A stretch of DNA of 51,960 bases. Source: a virus. Taxonomy: Duplodnaviria; Caudoviricetes. This document shows positions 1-9,664 of this stretch, in pieces. Every line of letters begins with the position of its first letter. Position 1 is the first letter of the stretch. The stretch covers positions 1 to 51,960 of IMG/VR virus record IMGVR_UViG_3300012943_000040. One strand, given 5' to 3'. The notes beneath the pieces were generated by a model, which worked only from the letters and a program-made list of their open reading frames with translations, was not told where the DNA came from and ran no database searches. The position numbers and the translations under genes are program-made.

Positions 1-66
1 CTTGGATCCCACACCAATCATTGATATACTAGATAAGCCACCAATTCCAAACACTTAAGGAAACTC

Positions 67-810
67 ATGAGTGCATCAAGTAGGACCGTCGACTTCACCA
101 ACGTGAAGGACGGGGGACTATTCAACCGCAGCCGCATCCCTGCTGGGGATTACGCGGCCAAGATCATCAAGGTCGAGGATGCTGAGGCCAAGGACGAGAC
201 ATTCCAGTACCTCTTCACCATCCAGATCCTGAAGCGCCCGAGTTCGAAGCTGCCGTACTACTGCAAGCTCGTCGACAACCAGCTCTGGAAGCTGCGCAAC
301 CTCCTCATCGCTGCCGGCAAGACTGTGCCGAAGTCGAAGCAGAAGGTCGATGTCAACCAGCTCGTCAACAAGATCATCGGTGTGACCATCGAGGATGACG
401 AGTACGATGGCAAGGAGCAGTCGACCATCTCGGGCGTCTTCCCTGCGGCAGAGCTGGCTGGCGAGGGCGATGACGACGACGATGTCGTTGAGGACGAGCC
501 GACAGAGGATGACGACGACTCGCTCGACGACCTCGATGATTCGGCAACCTCGGACGATGACGAGGACGAAGAGCCCGAAGAGGAGCCGGAGCCTGAGGTC
601 GACCCGTTCGACCCCGCGACCCGTACGCCTCTGAAGGCAGCGATCAAGAAGCTGCAGCCGGACTTCGTCGCCAAGAAGTCGCAGACCAATGCGGATCTGC
701 AGACCCTGCTCGACAGCCTGAGCAAGCCGAAGGCCAAGGCAGCCACCAAGAAGAAGGCTGCTGAGGTCACCGACGACGAGCTGGAGGAGCTCGACCTCGA
801 CGCCCTGTAA
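67..810 (+). CDS. putative ssDNA-binding protein (DUF669-like) with acidic linker and tail
   Basis: N-terminal IPAGDYAAKIIKVE...LWKLRNLLIAAG...YDGKEQSTI resembles DUF669-type phage SSBs; long Asp/Glu tract; SD TAAGGA upstream; next to VRR-NUC gene. Confidence 0.6.
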   Translation: MSASSRTVDFTNVKDGGLFNRSRIPAGDYAAKIIKVEDAEAKDETFQYLFTIQILKRPSSKLPYYCKLVDNQLWKLRNLLIAAGKTVPKSKQKVDVNQLVNKIIGVTIEDDEYDGKEQSTISGVFPAAELAGEGDDDDDVVEDEPTEDDDDSLDDLDDSATSDDDEDEEPEEEPEPEVDPFDPATRTPLKAAIKKLQPDFVAKKSQTNADLQTLLDSLSKPKAKAATKKKAAEVTDDELEELDLDAL

Positions 811-830
811 TGCGCTAGCAGGGTACGCTT

Positions 831-873
831 GGTGCCCCTCGAGAATCGTTCATCGAGACACTCGAGGGGCATC
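831..873 (+). terminator. stem-loop after SSB-like gene
   Basis: GGTGCCCCTCGAG (831-843) pairs with CTCGAGGGGCATC (861-873). Confidence 0.55.
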
Positions 874-943
874 ATGCTGTGTGATGTCCTTGCTTATTCA
901 GGGTCTTGTGATATAGGATATAACTGTAGAAAGGAGGGGGACA

Positions 944-1249
944 ATGAGTCAACCAGAATCACGACTATCGCGGAAGATCATGGAAGCCCTCCGTCTGGAA
1001 GGCTACTTCTGCTTCAAGGTGCACGGCTCAGAGTACATGATGGCCGGACTACCCGACATCATCGTATGTGCCGAGGGTCGCTTCATCGGTTTGGAAACCA
1101 AGATGCCCCAGTCACGGGACAATGTTTCACCATCACAGCGAGTTGTCCATAGTAAGATTGAGAATGCCGGCGGCACCGCAAAGGTTGTCTGTTCACCTGA
1201 GGAGGCGCTCAATGTTGTACGCGCAGCAATCGATGATGACAATATCTGA
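944..1249 (+). CDS. VRR-NUC domain nuclease (Holliday junction resolvase-like)
   Basis: PD-(D/E)xK pattern GLPDII...FIGLETK...SPSQ; SD AAGGAGG. Confidence 0.85.
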   Translation: MSQPESRLSRKIMEALRLEGYFCFKVHGSEYMMAGLPDIIVCAEGRFIGLETKMPQSRDNVSPSQRVVHSKIENAGGTAKVVCSPEEALNVVRAAIDDDNI

Positions 1250-1535
1250 GGCACGCACGGAGCAACCCAGCCCCGATTGGGACTATCTTCTGCTTCGGCT
1301 GCAATGGCGCAAATCGTTGAGCGATGTAGATGTCAGAGCGCTCGCCTATGAGTATCGAATCTCTCTCGGCCAGAAGCCAAACAAACGAACTGAACCCGTA
1401 AAGGATTGCGGGGATACATGCTTGAACGATGCGTGGGAAGAGTATATCGAACGATTCGGTGGTACCCCTCACACAGAGTTCGTAAAGAAAGCCTCATCGC
1501 TTAAGAGTCGCCGTAGGAGGCCGAAGTATCGCTGA
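1233..1535 (+). CDS. hypothetical protein
   Basis: ORF overlapping the end of VRR-NUC; ATG at 1233/1236 chosen over the longer ORF-track start. Confidence 0.5.
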   Translation: MMTISEARTEQPSPDWDYLLLRLQWRKSLSDVDVRALAYEYRISLGQKPNKRTEPVKDCGDTCLNDAWEEYIERFGGTPHTEFVKKASSLKSRRRRPKYR

Positions 1536-1794
1536 TGCATAATCGATCAAGCGAGCTGATATCGGCGATTAGGGAGCAACCTCGAGCTCTCTACAGTACG
1601 CCTGATATGATGCAATCATGCGCCGGCGCGACTGGGAAAACCTACTCGTAAGAGTTACCAAACTTGAGAGTCAAGCCGCTCAAGTGAAATGGTGGCATGT
1701 GGCCTCAGGAATAGCTGCGATCCTCGGCGCAATTCTAGCCTTGTTCACCCTTATCTCCATCCTCAATCACTTAGCGTCGTTCTCATGACACACC

Positions 1795-1818
1795 AAGAAA
1801 CCCCCTCCGAAGAGGGGG
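1795..1818 (-). terminator. intrinsic terminator of the minus-strand HTH gene
   Basis: minus strand reads CCCCCTC-TTCG-GAGGGGG-TTTCTT. Confidence 0.75.
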
Positions 1819-1831
1819 CTCCTGGTAGAGG

Positions 1832-2446
1832 TCAGTCGTCGAGTTCGAGATCCTCGTCGTCCAGCTCCTCGATGTCGAGCTCTTCGACCTCCTCGATCTC
1901 CTCGACCTCGGCGATCTTCGCTGCCTTGCTGCCGCGCTTACGGCCCGTGCCAGCAGCACCCCGGGAAGCGCCGCGCGATGCGTGGCCGGCCTTCCAGGCG
2001 TCGAACTCGGCCTTGATCTGGGGCACGTCCTCGGCAGCGAACTCGTACCGGCCACCCGAACCGACCGGCTCGACTGTCGATGCGGTGCTGCGGAAGAACT
2101 GGCGCAGCGTCTTGGCCTCGGTGCCCAGCACCGTCGCGACCTGCTTGGCAGCGAGGGTCTCGCCCTCACCTTCGGCAGTCGGCTTCTTGGCAGCGCGCGA
2201 CTTCTTGGGGGCCGGCTCGGGCTCATCCGCCTCGATGTCGTCCTCCTCCTCGTCGTCGGCCTCGTCGTCTTCGAGTTCGTCGTCGTCTTCCTCGTCCTCG
2301 TCGACCTCGACCTCGAGAAGTGCAGCGCGGTAGTCGCCGACCCTCCAGTCGTCGTCGGCCTCGAGACCCTCCTCCTCGAGCAGCTCCTTGAGCTCAGCGA
2401 GGTTCTTCTTGGTCAGCTCGGCCTTGGTGAACTTGGCTTCCGCCAT
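1832..2446 (-). CDS. DNA-binding protein: N-terminal HeH/SAP-like domain, acidic linker, HTH-like domain, acidic tail
   Basis: LAAKQVATVLGTEAKTLRQFFRS...GSGGRYEF is HTH-like; SD AAGGAG; upstream TTGACA...TAGTCT promoter; high GC3. Confidence 0.7.
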   Translation of the reverse strand: MAEAKFTKAELTKKNLAELKELLEEEGLEADDDWRVGDYRAALLEVEVDEDEEDDDELEDDEADDEEEDDIEADEPEPAPKKSRAAKKPTAEGEGETLAAKQVATVLGTEAKTLRQFFRSTASTVEPVGSGGRYEFAAEDVPQIKAEFDAWKAGHASRGASRGAAGTGRKRGSKAAKIAEVEEIEEVEELDIEELDDEDLELDD

Positions 2447-2540
2447 GATCGTCTCCTTGTGTCATTTTGGTGGTCAGCCCTTTGGAGGGCATAAGTAGAC
2501 TATATGCCTTTGCTTTGCTCTTGTCAAGGCACATCGGCGA

Positions 2541-2747
2541 TTAATTTGGCTGAGTGACTTCCGGCTCGCACTCAGCATCATAGTTTGCCGTTGTCAAGTG
2601 CTCCCCGCACGCGAAACATATAAGGGCGGAGTCATCCGCGGCTAAAGATTCAGCGAGGTCAGTAGTAAAGGTGTGGAGAGTGCCATCACCCTGGGCTTCA
2701 ATCTCAATCGGTGTATAGGTGAGATTAACCCACATGTGCTTAGTCAT
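2541..2747 (-). CDS. hypothetical protein with CxxC
   Basis: ATG overlaps upstream gene stop (ATGA); CFAC motif. Confidence 0.55.
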   Translation of the reverse strand: MTKHMWVNLTYTPIEIEAQGDGTLHTFTTDLAESLAADDSALICFACGEHLTTANYDAECEPEVTQPN

Positions 2748-3322
2748 GCTACCTTCATCCGATTCGTATCCCAACCCTGATGTGTTGCTGGGTGCCTTAG
2801 GTTAACTAGCGACTCACTAGCGCCGCAAATTCCACACCTGAGCAGGGTGGGGTCGACCATGGGGCCAACGCCGCCTGTTCGCTGCTTGGTCATAGCGGGA
2901 TGCCACTCGAAGTAGGAGAAGACTGTAGGACGTCGGCAGTAGGGGCACCAATAGTGAATCGGCATATCCCCGTCAAGCTGAGGCTTCCAGACGATGGTGC
3001 GAATCATCGGCACCTTCTTACCCCTGACGATGTCGAACTTGTTCTTCACCCGAACTTGGCGCATAGGCGGCTGCCAATCATATCCGGGGCAGTTAATCAC
3101 GGCATCCTTGACATGAGGCAACACCTTTTTCAATGCCATGAACGCCTCACGGTAGGTACCGAATCGACGGGTGCGCCACTGCGTTTCGCCTTCTCGAAGC
3201 ACCATGAGCTTCCATGGCAGCGAGGCTTTCCGAATGTGAGGGGGCAACTTCGGGATAGCGAGGAAGTACTTCTTGTACCACTCATCCTCCAGCAGCTCCC
3301 TCAGTGTGATCATGTTTGGCAT
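2744..3322 (-). CDS. hypothetical Zn-binding protein
   Basis: 192 aa ORF with CPYC...CGIC; SD GGGAG. Confidence 0.7.
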   Translation of the reverse strand: MPNMITLRELLEDEWYKKYFLAIPKLPPHIRKASLPWKLMVLREGETQWRTRRFGTYREAFMALKKVLPHVKDAVINCPGYDWQPPMRQVRVKNKFDIVRGKKVPMIRTIVWKPQLDGDMPIHYWCPYCRRPTVFSYFEWHPAMTKQRTGGVGPMVDPTLLRCGICGASESLVNLRHPATHQGWDTNRMKVA

Positions 3323-3520
3323 GGATCTCCCATCGCGAGCAATATATTTACTACTACCTTATGCGACGAGAGCATTCCCTGTCAAGGCGGGAGGGCACAT
3401 GCTCAACATGATTGACGAGGCATAACCTATCGCATATGATCGATGCATAGCCATCGCTGCAAGACGCAACAGCCGAGGCAAAGCTGACGTACGCAAGACG
3501 AAACAGGGAACGAAACAACA

Positions 3521-3709
3521 ATGGCAGATTCAGACCTGGAGATAGGCCGAAAGATCGGCATCGCAGAGGGCCGCGAGGCTATGAAGAAGGAGATCCTCAC
3601 TCATCTTGAGCGGAAGTACATGGATCCCAATATCTCGGTGACCGACCCATCAATGCAGGCGGTGCTGGTTCTCGCCAAGGAGATAAGCGAGACATTCAGT
3701 GCCGAGTAG
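3521..3709 (+). CDS. hypothetical protein
   Basis: 62 aa ORF downstream of a TTGACG...TATGAT promoter divergent from 3322. Confidence 0.6.
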   Translation: MADSDLEIGRKIGIAEGREAMKKEILTHLERKYMDPNISVTDPSMQAVLVLAKEISETFSAE

Positions 3710-3850
3710 TAGATCGAATCGAGTTCGATGAACATGGTCGTATCGTGGTTCCCAAACCCAAGAAGGCAGTCGTGAGGTTCCCAACAGAAGAAGAGTATGC
3801 CAAGGGCATCACAATCATCCCGCGCGAGCAGCGACTGAAGGAGGCCAAGA

Positions 3851-4345
3851 ATGGTTGATCGACCCCCCTCAGATCTGCCCGCTGAAGGTGAGAAGGAAGT
3901 CCGAGACTGGCATCCAGATGAACAGCCCACTGATGATGGGCCGGTCAACACCCATTTCACCGAGGCTCAAGCCAACTCGTTGCAAATGTACATCCATCAG
4001 ATCAAGAACATGCTAGGCCTTCGAGAATGGGATATCTTCCTTACCACTGCTGCAGCCAGTGACCAGGTCAATGCCTCGATTCATCCAGTGTATGGTCGAC
4101 ACCTCGCCGCGTTGTCAGTGAACAAAGACTGGTTCACTTACTCCCTTGAGGTTCAGCGCAACACAATCGTGCATGAGATACTGCACGTCATACACAATCG
4201 TCAAACCGAAGTTATCCGGACAACTCGCCAACTGGATTCGGTGTGGGTCACATTCGAGCGAGAAACGGAACTGATGGTAGACTTCCTAGCAACTCAATTG
4301 GAAATCTTCTTCCCCCTGCCTGAGCAGGTGACTGATGGTAACTAG
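3851..4345 (+). CDS. putative zinc metallopeptidase-like protein (HExxH)
   Basis: TIVHEILHVIH motif; SD AAGGAGG; overlaps primase start. Confidence 0.55.
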   Translation: MVDRPPSDLPAEGEKEVRDWHPDEQPTDDGPVNTHFTEAQANSLQMYIHQIKNMLGLREWDIFLTTAAASDQVNASIHPVYGRHLAALSVNKDWFTYSLEVQRNTIVHEILHVIHNRQTEVIRTTRQLDSVWVTFERETELMVDFLATQLEIFFPLPEQVTDGN

Positions 4346-6386
4346 AGCTGAAGTCGAGAAGTCGCTACGCATCATCTCTCAGTCGTGGGGGCGAAAGCAG
4401 ACTGGTTATGCGTTCTTCCCATGGATCGATAGGGAGAAACAGCTCAGGACAGGTAAGCGACGAGTCGGGTTCAATGAGGGTCCCGCCTTTGTATGGCCTC
4501 GAGACCGAGAAGCCATCATTGATCATTTACTCTCCCACACCCAGCATGACATGTACTGGTCGACCAACCTCTTCGAGTATCCCATGCGTCGTGAAGATGT
4601 GGCGATGGATGAGCACGCTCTCTGGGCGGACCTCGATGAAGTAGACCCCAGTACCCTCGACGAGTATCCCCCGACAGTCGCCTGGGAGAGCTCGCCTGGC
4701 CACTATCAGGCACTCTGGGTTGCACAATCGGGAGACTTCCAGGGAGCATCCTGGCCTGGTAACGAGAACCAGCGCATGACATACATGATCGGCGCTGACC
4801 CCTCGGGCTGGGATACAACACAGTTGCTGCGCATACCGGGCTGGGAGAATCACAAGCCAGAGTATCGCCGACCGGATGGTACATACCCTCAGGGAAAGTT
4901 GCTCTGGTATGATGGGCCCCGATATAACCCCGGAGACTTCGCGAATCTGCCAGAGGTTACGGGTGCAGTAGATCAATCAGTTACTGAGGCGCTCAGTTCT
5001 GACATAGATAACGTTGATCGACTGGCGACCATCGCCCGTATCAATCTGAAGCTGAACCACCGAGCAAGGGAGTTGCTGAATGCCCGAGAAGCATCTGGGG
5101 ACAAGTCCGATCAGCTCTGGTATCTCATACGGTGCCTTGCTGATGTCGGCCTCAGTACCGCCGAAATCGTTTCAGTCGTACGAGAGACTGTTTGGAATAA
5201 GTTCCGGGACCGTCATGACGAGCTACGACGACTCATTGCAGAAGCGAGCAAGGCGATTGCAAAGAGGAGCGACGAGGTTACAGCGCAACTCGAGCAAGAG
5301 GGTGGTTCTTCCGAAGTCGAACGCCCGGCCCCGCATCGCCTCGGCTTCCTCCTCAAGAACATTAAGAAGCCGAAGTATCTTGTTCAGGGAGTTCTTACAG
5401 AAGGCGCCTGTGGTTTCATCGCCGGTGAACCCAAGTGCTATAAGTCCTGGGTCGGGCTTGACCTCGCTCTATCCGTTGCAACCGGGGCAGATTTTCTTGG
5501 CGCCTTCCGCATTCAGAATCCTGGGCCGGTCCTTTACATTCAGGAAGAGGACCCTGCGCCTACTCTCAAGAACCGCTCGGCCAAAATCTGGGTCCACAAG
5601 AGTACGGATAAGTTCGAGCTCATCCATAATGAGGAGGAAGCCGGCCTCTACTGGCTACCACCTGAGCAAGACGAAGCTTTCGATCCCGATGTCAACGCGT
5701 ACATCCAGCAAGGTCTTGTTATCAGTGACGAAGCTTGGCAAATCTGGCTGGACGAGACGCTCGCGGCAGGTATGGATGGCGAGCCTTACCGGCTCCTCAT
5801 TATCGATACACTGATGATGACCGCGGGTGAGGTTGACGAGAACCGCTCGCAGGAAATGACCACGAAGATCTTCAAACCACTCAAGGTATTGTCGAGGAAA
5901 CACAATGTTGCAATCCAAGTCATCCACCACATGGGTAAATCAGAGCGGGCTCGTCCAGGTCAGCGGATGCTCGGAGCTGTCGCCAACCATGCATGGGCAG
6001 AGGATTCAATCTACCTCTCAAGGTCTGGTCTGGCCGACATCAGAATGGATCTTGAGTCTAAGACCATCCCCGCCACAACCTACCGCATGAGTGAAATCAA
6101 TAACACTGGCTGGACTCCCATAATTGCCCCCTGGCGTGTGGAGGAACAAGAACTTGAGGAGGCCCCCTCCACACCGAGCCCGCGTAGTCGGGGCCGTATG
6201 GGTACCAACCCGATCGTGGCCGCGCTCAAAGAGTCGGCAACAGGGATGACTACGAATGAGCTAGCGGTAGTGACTGGCAAGGATCGCAGCACAGTACACA
6301 AGCAAGCCGCTCGGCTTCTCGATAACGGTTTGTTAGAGCGAGTTCAATTGCCCTCAGGGTCTAATATCTGGATCATCGCCAAATAA
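4335..6386 (+). CDS. DNA primase-helicase (RepB-like primase + AAA_25/RecA-like helicase + C-terminal HTH)
   Basis: WADLD, ESSPGHYQALW, LLRIPG..NHK primase motifs; Walker A GEPKCYKS; Walker B LLIIDT; IHHMGK; C-terminal MTTNELAVVTGKDRSTVHKQ. Confidence 0.85.
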   Translation: MVTRAEVEKSLRIISQSWGRKQTGYAFFPWIDREKQLRTGKRRVGFNEGPAFVWPRDREAIIDHLLSHTQHDMYWSTNLFEYPMRREDVAMDEHALWADLDEVDPSTLDEYPPTVAWESSPGHYQALWVAQSGDFQGASWPGNENQRMTYMIGADPSGWDTTQLLRIPGWENHKPEYRRPDGTYPQGKLLWYDGPRYNPGDFANLPEVTGAVDQSVTEALSSDIDNVDRLATIARINLKLNHRARELLNAREASGDKSDQLWYLIRCLADVGLSTAEIVSVVRETVWNKFRDRHDELRRLIAEASKAIAKRSDEVTAQLEQEGGSSEVERPAPHRLGFLLKNIKKPKYLVQGVLTEGACGFIAGEPKCYKSWVGLDLALSVATGADFLGAFRIQNPGPVLYIQEEDPAPTLKNRSAKIWVHKSTDKFELIHNEEEAGLYWLPPEQDEAFDPDVNAYIQQGLVISDEAWQIWLDETLAAGMDGEPYRLLIIDTLMMTAGEVDENRSQEMTTKIFKPLKVLSRKHNVAIQVIHHMGKSERARPGQRMLGAVANHAWAEDSIYLSRSGLADIRMDLESKTIPATTYRMSEINNTGWTPIIAPWRVEEQELEEAPSTPSPRSRGRMGTNPIVAALKESATGMTTNELAVVTGKDRSTVHKQAARLLDNGLLERVQLPSGSNIWIIAK

Positions 6387-6519
6387 AACTCAATACCGTC
6401 AAGCAATCATTTATCATGTCGCGCATTTAGAGCGATTAGGAAGCGATCCCAGGGCCGATAGGAATATAACTCGCAATGCATCGCGCATGATTGACTCAAT
6501 CACAAATAAGGAGACGAAA

Positions 6520-6765
6520 ATGACAGGACGACCATCGGATCAGATAAAGGAGATTCGATCATACACAGTTCACTTCAAGGCCGGACTTGGCTGGTTCATC
6601 AAGTCAAGTCACTGGCAGCCGGGTTACTCACCCGCACATAAGGCCACAGAGGCGGAGGCCCTCGACTATGCAGTAGAGGCTGCAGAGCACGAGATGATCG
6701 AGGCCCAGGCAAAGGTAGTCGCGCTGCATACGCTGCGTGCAGAAATAATGGCAGGAGCAAGCTAA
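6520..6765 (+). CDS. hypothetical protein
   Basis: SD AAGGAG before ATG 6520. Confidence 0.6.
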   Translation: MTGRPSDQIKEIRSYTVHFKAGLGWFIKSSHWQPGYSPAHKATEAEALDYAVEAAEHEMIEAQAKVVALHTLRAEIMAGAS

Positions 6766-6962
6766 TGGATATGTTCATCGACCAGATCAAGCAGTGGCTA
6801 GAGTCACAGCTAGAGACCGCCACCGAACAGGGCGGCAACGAGATTCTGCCGGGGGTGCATGTAGAAGAAATCGACCCAGCTGATGACTTCGAGACGCTAT
6901 CGTGCATCTTGAGCAATGGCACCCAGCTCTACTTCACGGTCAAGTACAGGAGATTTGAATGA
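6765..6962 (+). CDS. hypothetical protein
   Basis: TAATG coupling with upstream gene; SD AGGAG. Confidence 0.6.
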   Translation: MDMFIDQIKQWLESQLETATEQGGNEILPGVHVEEIDPADDFETLSCILSNGTQLYFTVKYRRFE

Positions 6963-7114
6963 GGAAATACCAAACCCCCTGGTGGTACAAAGTTAGTTGG
7001 CGATGCCGCCTTATGGGCCACCAGTGGTATAAAGGCCAGGCCTCGTGGTCATGTATGCGCGCTGGGTGTAATGTGGTGATCGCTGCATCAGGAGGCCATG
7101 ATGACCAGAGATGA
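6959..7114 (+). CDS. small hypothetical protein (51 aa, not in ORF track)
   Basis: ATGA overlap, SD AGGAG; MRKYQTPWWYKVSWRCRLMGHQW... Confidence 0.5.
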   Translation: MRKYQTPWWYKVSWRCRLMGHQWYKGQASWSCMRAGCNVVIAASGGHDDQR

Positions 7115-7259
7115 GCTTGTCGCTCTCATTAAGGCTCACCCTGTACACCAGTTTTGGTGCGATGGCTGCGGGCGTAGCGTAGGCCGCCGAGAGGAGCACC
7201 TAGCAGATGTCATTATGCCCGAGGGTGTGGAATATCTGCTCGAGGCGAGGGTCTTGTGA
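7098..7259 (+). CDS. small hypothetical protein (53 aa, CxxC, not in ORF track)
   Basis: SD AGGAGG; MMTRDELVALIKAHPVHQFWCDGCG...EHLADV; GTGA overlap with next gene. Confidence 0.55.
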   Translation: MMTRDELVALIKAHPVHQFWCDGCGRSVGRREEHLADVIMPEGVEYLLEARVL

Positions 7260-7444
7260 TCGACAATTGTCCCAGGCCTAGCCATGCTGGCTATACGGGG
7301 GGCTGTCTCTGCTATGGCTGTTTAGATGCCGCTAATGCCTATATGCGGGAATATCGGGCCCGGCGTAGGGCTGCGGGTTATATCAGGGGCAAGCAATTAC
7401 TAACGGCCATCTCTCTCGCGCGCGTTAATAAGCACGCGCCTTAA
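7256..7444 (+). CDS. small Cys-rich hypothetical protein
   Basis: GYTGGCLCYGCLDAANAYMREYRARR; coupled start. Confidence 0.5.
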   Translation: MIDNCPRPSHAGYTGGCLCYGCLDAANAYMREYRARRRAAGYIRGKQLLTAISLARVNKHAP

Positions 7445-7572
7445 TGTAGGATGATAGCTCATCTTCGATGAGCATATCCTTAACATATAAACGAAACAAC
7501 TACAGTCCCTGTTGATGCAACGTGAAGTTTGTTAACCTTTGACAGATTTAGAAAACATGATAGCATAGCCTC

Positions 7573-7917
7573 ATGGAACGCTATGAGATTCGATTGGTCA
7601 TTGAGACCGACGTGGAAATTGAAAAAGTTGAGAGTTTACTAAACTCGATTGGCAATTCGGGTAAGGTGATTTTGAAGAGTTTATATTCTCGAAGAGTCAG
7701 GCCACCGGGACGACCTGACGAGATGAGGCAAGAAGTAATCGACTTTCTGAAATCTGATAAGAAAGCGCGTTCCGCGCTACAGATTTCTCGAAAGATTGAT
7801 CGGCCGCAGACATCACTTTATAGAATCCTTAATTCGCTTGCTGCTGCAGAACAAGTAAGCAAGTGGTATGATGCCAGGTGGAGGACTCATCGATATCAGT
7901 GGATAGAATCGCCCTAA
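7573..7917 (+). CDS. winged HTH DNA-binding protein, leaderless
   Basis: SALQISRKIDRPQTSLYRILNSL; TTGACA (7539) and TAGCAT (7561), ATG follows the -10 box after 6 nt. Confidence 0.65.
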   Translation: MERYEIRLVIETDVEIEKVESLLNSIGNSGKVILKSLYSRRVRPPGRPDEMRQEVIDFLKSDKKARSALQISRKIDRPQTSLYRILNSLAAAEQVSKWYDARWRTHRYQWIESP

Positions 7918-7949
7918 CAATCCCGATAGTACCTGCGTGCAATCGCTCG

Positions 7950-9000
7950 CTTACCCCCTCCGGGGGCTCGCGCTCACACACAAGAACCGGGTACTAAACT
8001 TAGGGCTAGACGGTGAAGCCAGGGCTGGAGAGAGGGCTAAGGGAAAGAGACTGGGGGGAGCACTGGGGCTATATAGAGGGCTGGGTAGATGACAGAGGCC
8101 GGAGGGAGCACGCGCGTGAATGAGATCCTGAGAGACATTGAACTTACAAATGAGAACGTTCAGGTTAGGGCAAGGGAATTGGGTTGGCATGGAGCTGGAT
8201 CAGTAGCAGATGCTTGGTGTTTTCTGAGAAGGATTCGGGTAATTCCGAAGGATGACTTTGGGAAATGAGTCGACCTGGAGGGTGGGATTCTTGTTAGGTT
8301 TGGGTGGTCTTCCGAGTTTAGGGTGACTGGGTAGTGGGATGCTTGGATTGAGCGAATGGATGATGCCGGATACTACGTTCGGGGTTTGGGTTTAAACCAA
8401 GACTCTGTGTTGGACCTTCGAGAATTTCCGGTGGTTCACACTGACCGTGTCTAGAGAAGACCGTTCTCCTCCAATTTATTTCCCATCACTCGGCCGAGCT
8501 CAGAGTAAGACGGGTTTATCGGGGAATTTTGTGAGTTTTGGTTCAAGTTTGGTCGTCACCGTGCCCGCGCGCAGCGCGCATGGGACTACGGGTAAGGGTT
8601 GGAGTCCCAATTTAAGTGGATATATCTTCTCTCTACACACCCCTAACAAACCCCCGACCCTCGGAAGTTCCTTCGAAGAAGCTGTCCGAGGACGGACGCG
8701 TTATATCGCGTCTGAGTGTCGGAGTTTCGTTCGAAGAACCCGATATATCGCGTTCGATAAGTTGCCGGCGGCAACAAAGTCCGAGTGTCGGTGTTTCGTT
8801 CGGGAAGTATGTTCGATCCGTCGAGTCGAAACTTCGAACATTTCTGTCGGTTCTGAGGGGGCAGGGATCGAGCAGATAGCTAGCTATCTGGGGCGGTGCC
8901 ACGGCGTCAGGAGCGATCCTCGCACGCGGTCGTCGGTCATACCACACCCCGCGCTCGAGGGCAAGGCGGCGCGCCGGTGTTGTACGAAGTCACAAAAAAT
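7950..9000. other. non-coding, strand-skewed tract (possible genome end / terminal repeat boundary)
   Basis: no credible ORF; G/T-rich top strand ~8020-8600 switching to C/A-rich at ~8620; short repeats. Confidence 0.4.
8875..8888. repeat. palindrome GATAGCTAGCTATC copy 1 (extends to 18 bp CAG...CTG)
   Basis: exact 14-bp palindrome. Confidence 0.95.
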
Positions 9001-9065
9001 TTGTGATAGTCACAAATTGCCCCCTCATGCCTTCGTCAGGGGGCGATGCATGATATTGTAGTTAT

Positions 9066-9131
9066 ATGACCGAATCGATGACCCGCTCGCAAAGGGCGAC
9101 GGGCGCGCTCGGCATGATCACTGAGGAGTGA
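9066..9131 (+). CDS. possible leaderless 21-aa leader peptide MTESMTRSQRATGALGMITEE
   Basis: GCATGA-TATTGT, 6 nt, then ATG, the same geometry as other cassette starts; its 3' end carries the SD of the next gene. Confidence 0.35.
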   Translation: MTESMTRSQRATGALGMITEE

Positions 9132-9136
9132 TTGAA

Positions 9137-9376
9137 ATGGCCACCATCAACATCGCGGAGCTCGCGACCACGCTCGACGCCTCGCCGCGCGAGGTGCGCA
9201 AGTTCCTCCGCTCGGTCACCCCGACCGACGAGCAGCCCGGCAAGGGCGGCCGCTGGCAGATCGAGAAGCGCGCGGTGCGCTCGCTCGCGAAGCAGTTCGC
9301 GGAGTACGCCGCCGCCCGCACGCCCGAGACGCCCGCCGACGACGAGCCCGAGGGCGACGCCCCCGCGACCGACTGA
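9137..9376 (+). CDS. small HTH-like DNA-binding protein
   Basis: INIAELATTLDASPREVRKFLRS...GKGGRWQI aligns by eye with the HTH of 1832-2446; SD GAGGAG. Confidence 0.7.
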   Translation: MATINIAELATTLDASPREVRKFLRSVTPTDEQPGKGGRWQIEKRAVRSLAKQFAEYAAARTPETPADDEPEGDAPATD

Positions 9377-9383
9377 CGCCGCG

Positions 9384-9417
9384 CCGCTGCTGCCCCCTCT
9401 CGAGGGGGTGGCAGTGG
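9384..9417 (+). terminator. GC-rich hairpin after HTH gene
   Basis: CCGCTGCTGCCCCCT pairs with AGGGGGTGGCAGTGG; GT-rich tail. Confidence 0.6.
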
Positions 9418-9550
9418 GGTGTGTGTCGTGTGTTTGTCAAGGAGAAAGTTTGTTCGACTGGGGAACGGGACGAGATCAAACAGTGTCGGCGTTTCGTCCA
9501 CCGCAACGCGCTCGCGTAGAACGCTCCGTGAGGGGGCAGCGTACGCCGTA

Positions 9551-9564
9551 GATAGCTAGCTATC
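9551..9564. repeat. palindrome GATAGCTAGCTATC copy 2
   Basis: exact 14-bp palindrome. Confidence 0.95.
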
Positions 9565-9664
9565 TGCTGTGACCCCACAGCGCCATACGGCCGCGTACGC
9601 CGACACGCCCCTGCGGCCCGCTCGAGGGCGGGGTGTGGAGAGGGCAAACTGTTTCGGGCGTATA

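Larger units (their letters stand above)
8715..9497 (+). repeat. three copies of AGTGTCGGnGTTTCGT (8715, 8784, 9482)
   Basis: read directly; 15 of 16 positions identical. Confidence 0.8.

Noticed and set aside
8447-9061. 204-aa ORF in the non-coding tract
   Set aside because: No SD or promoter geometry; translation reflects DNA repeats and atypical codon use
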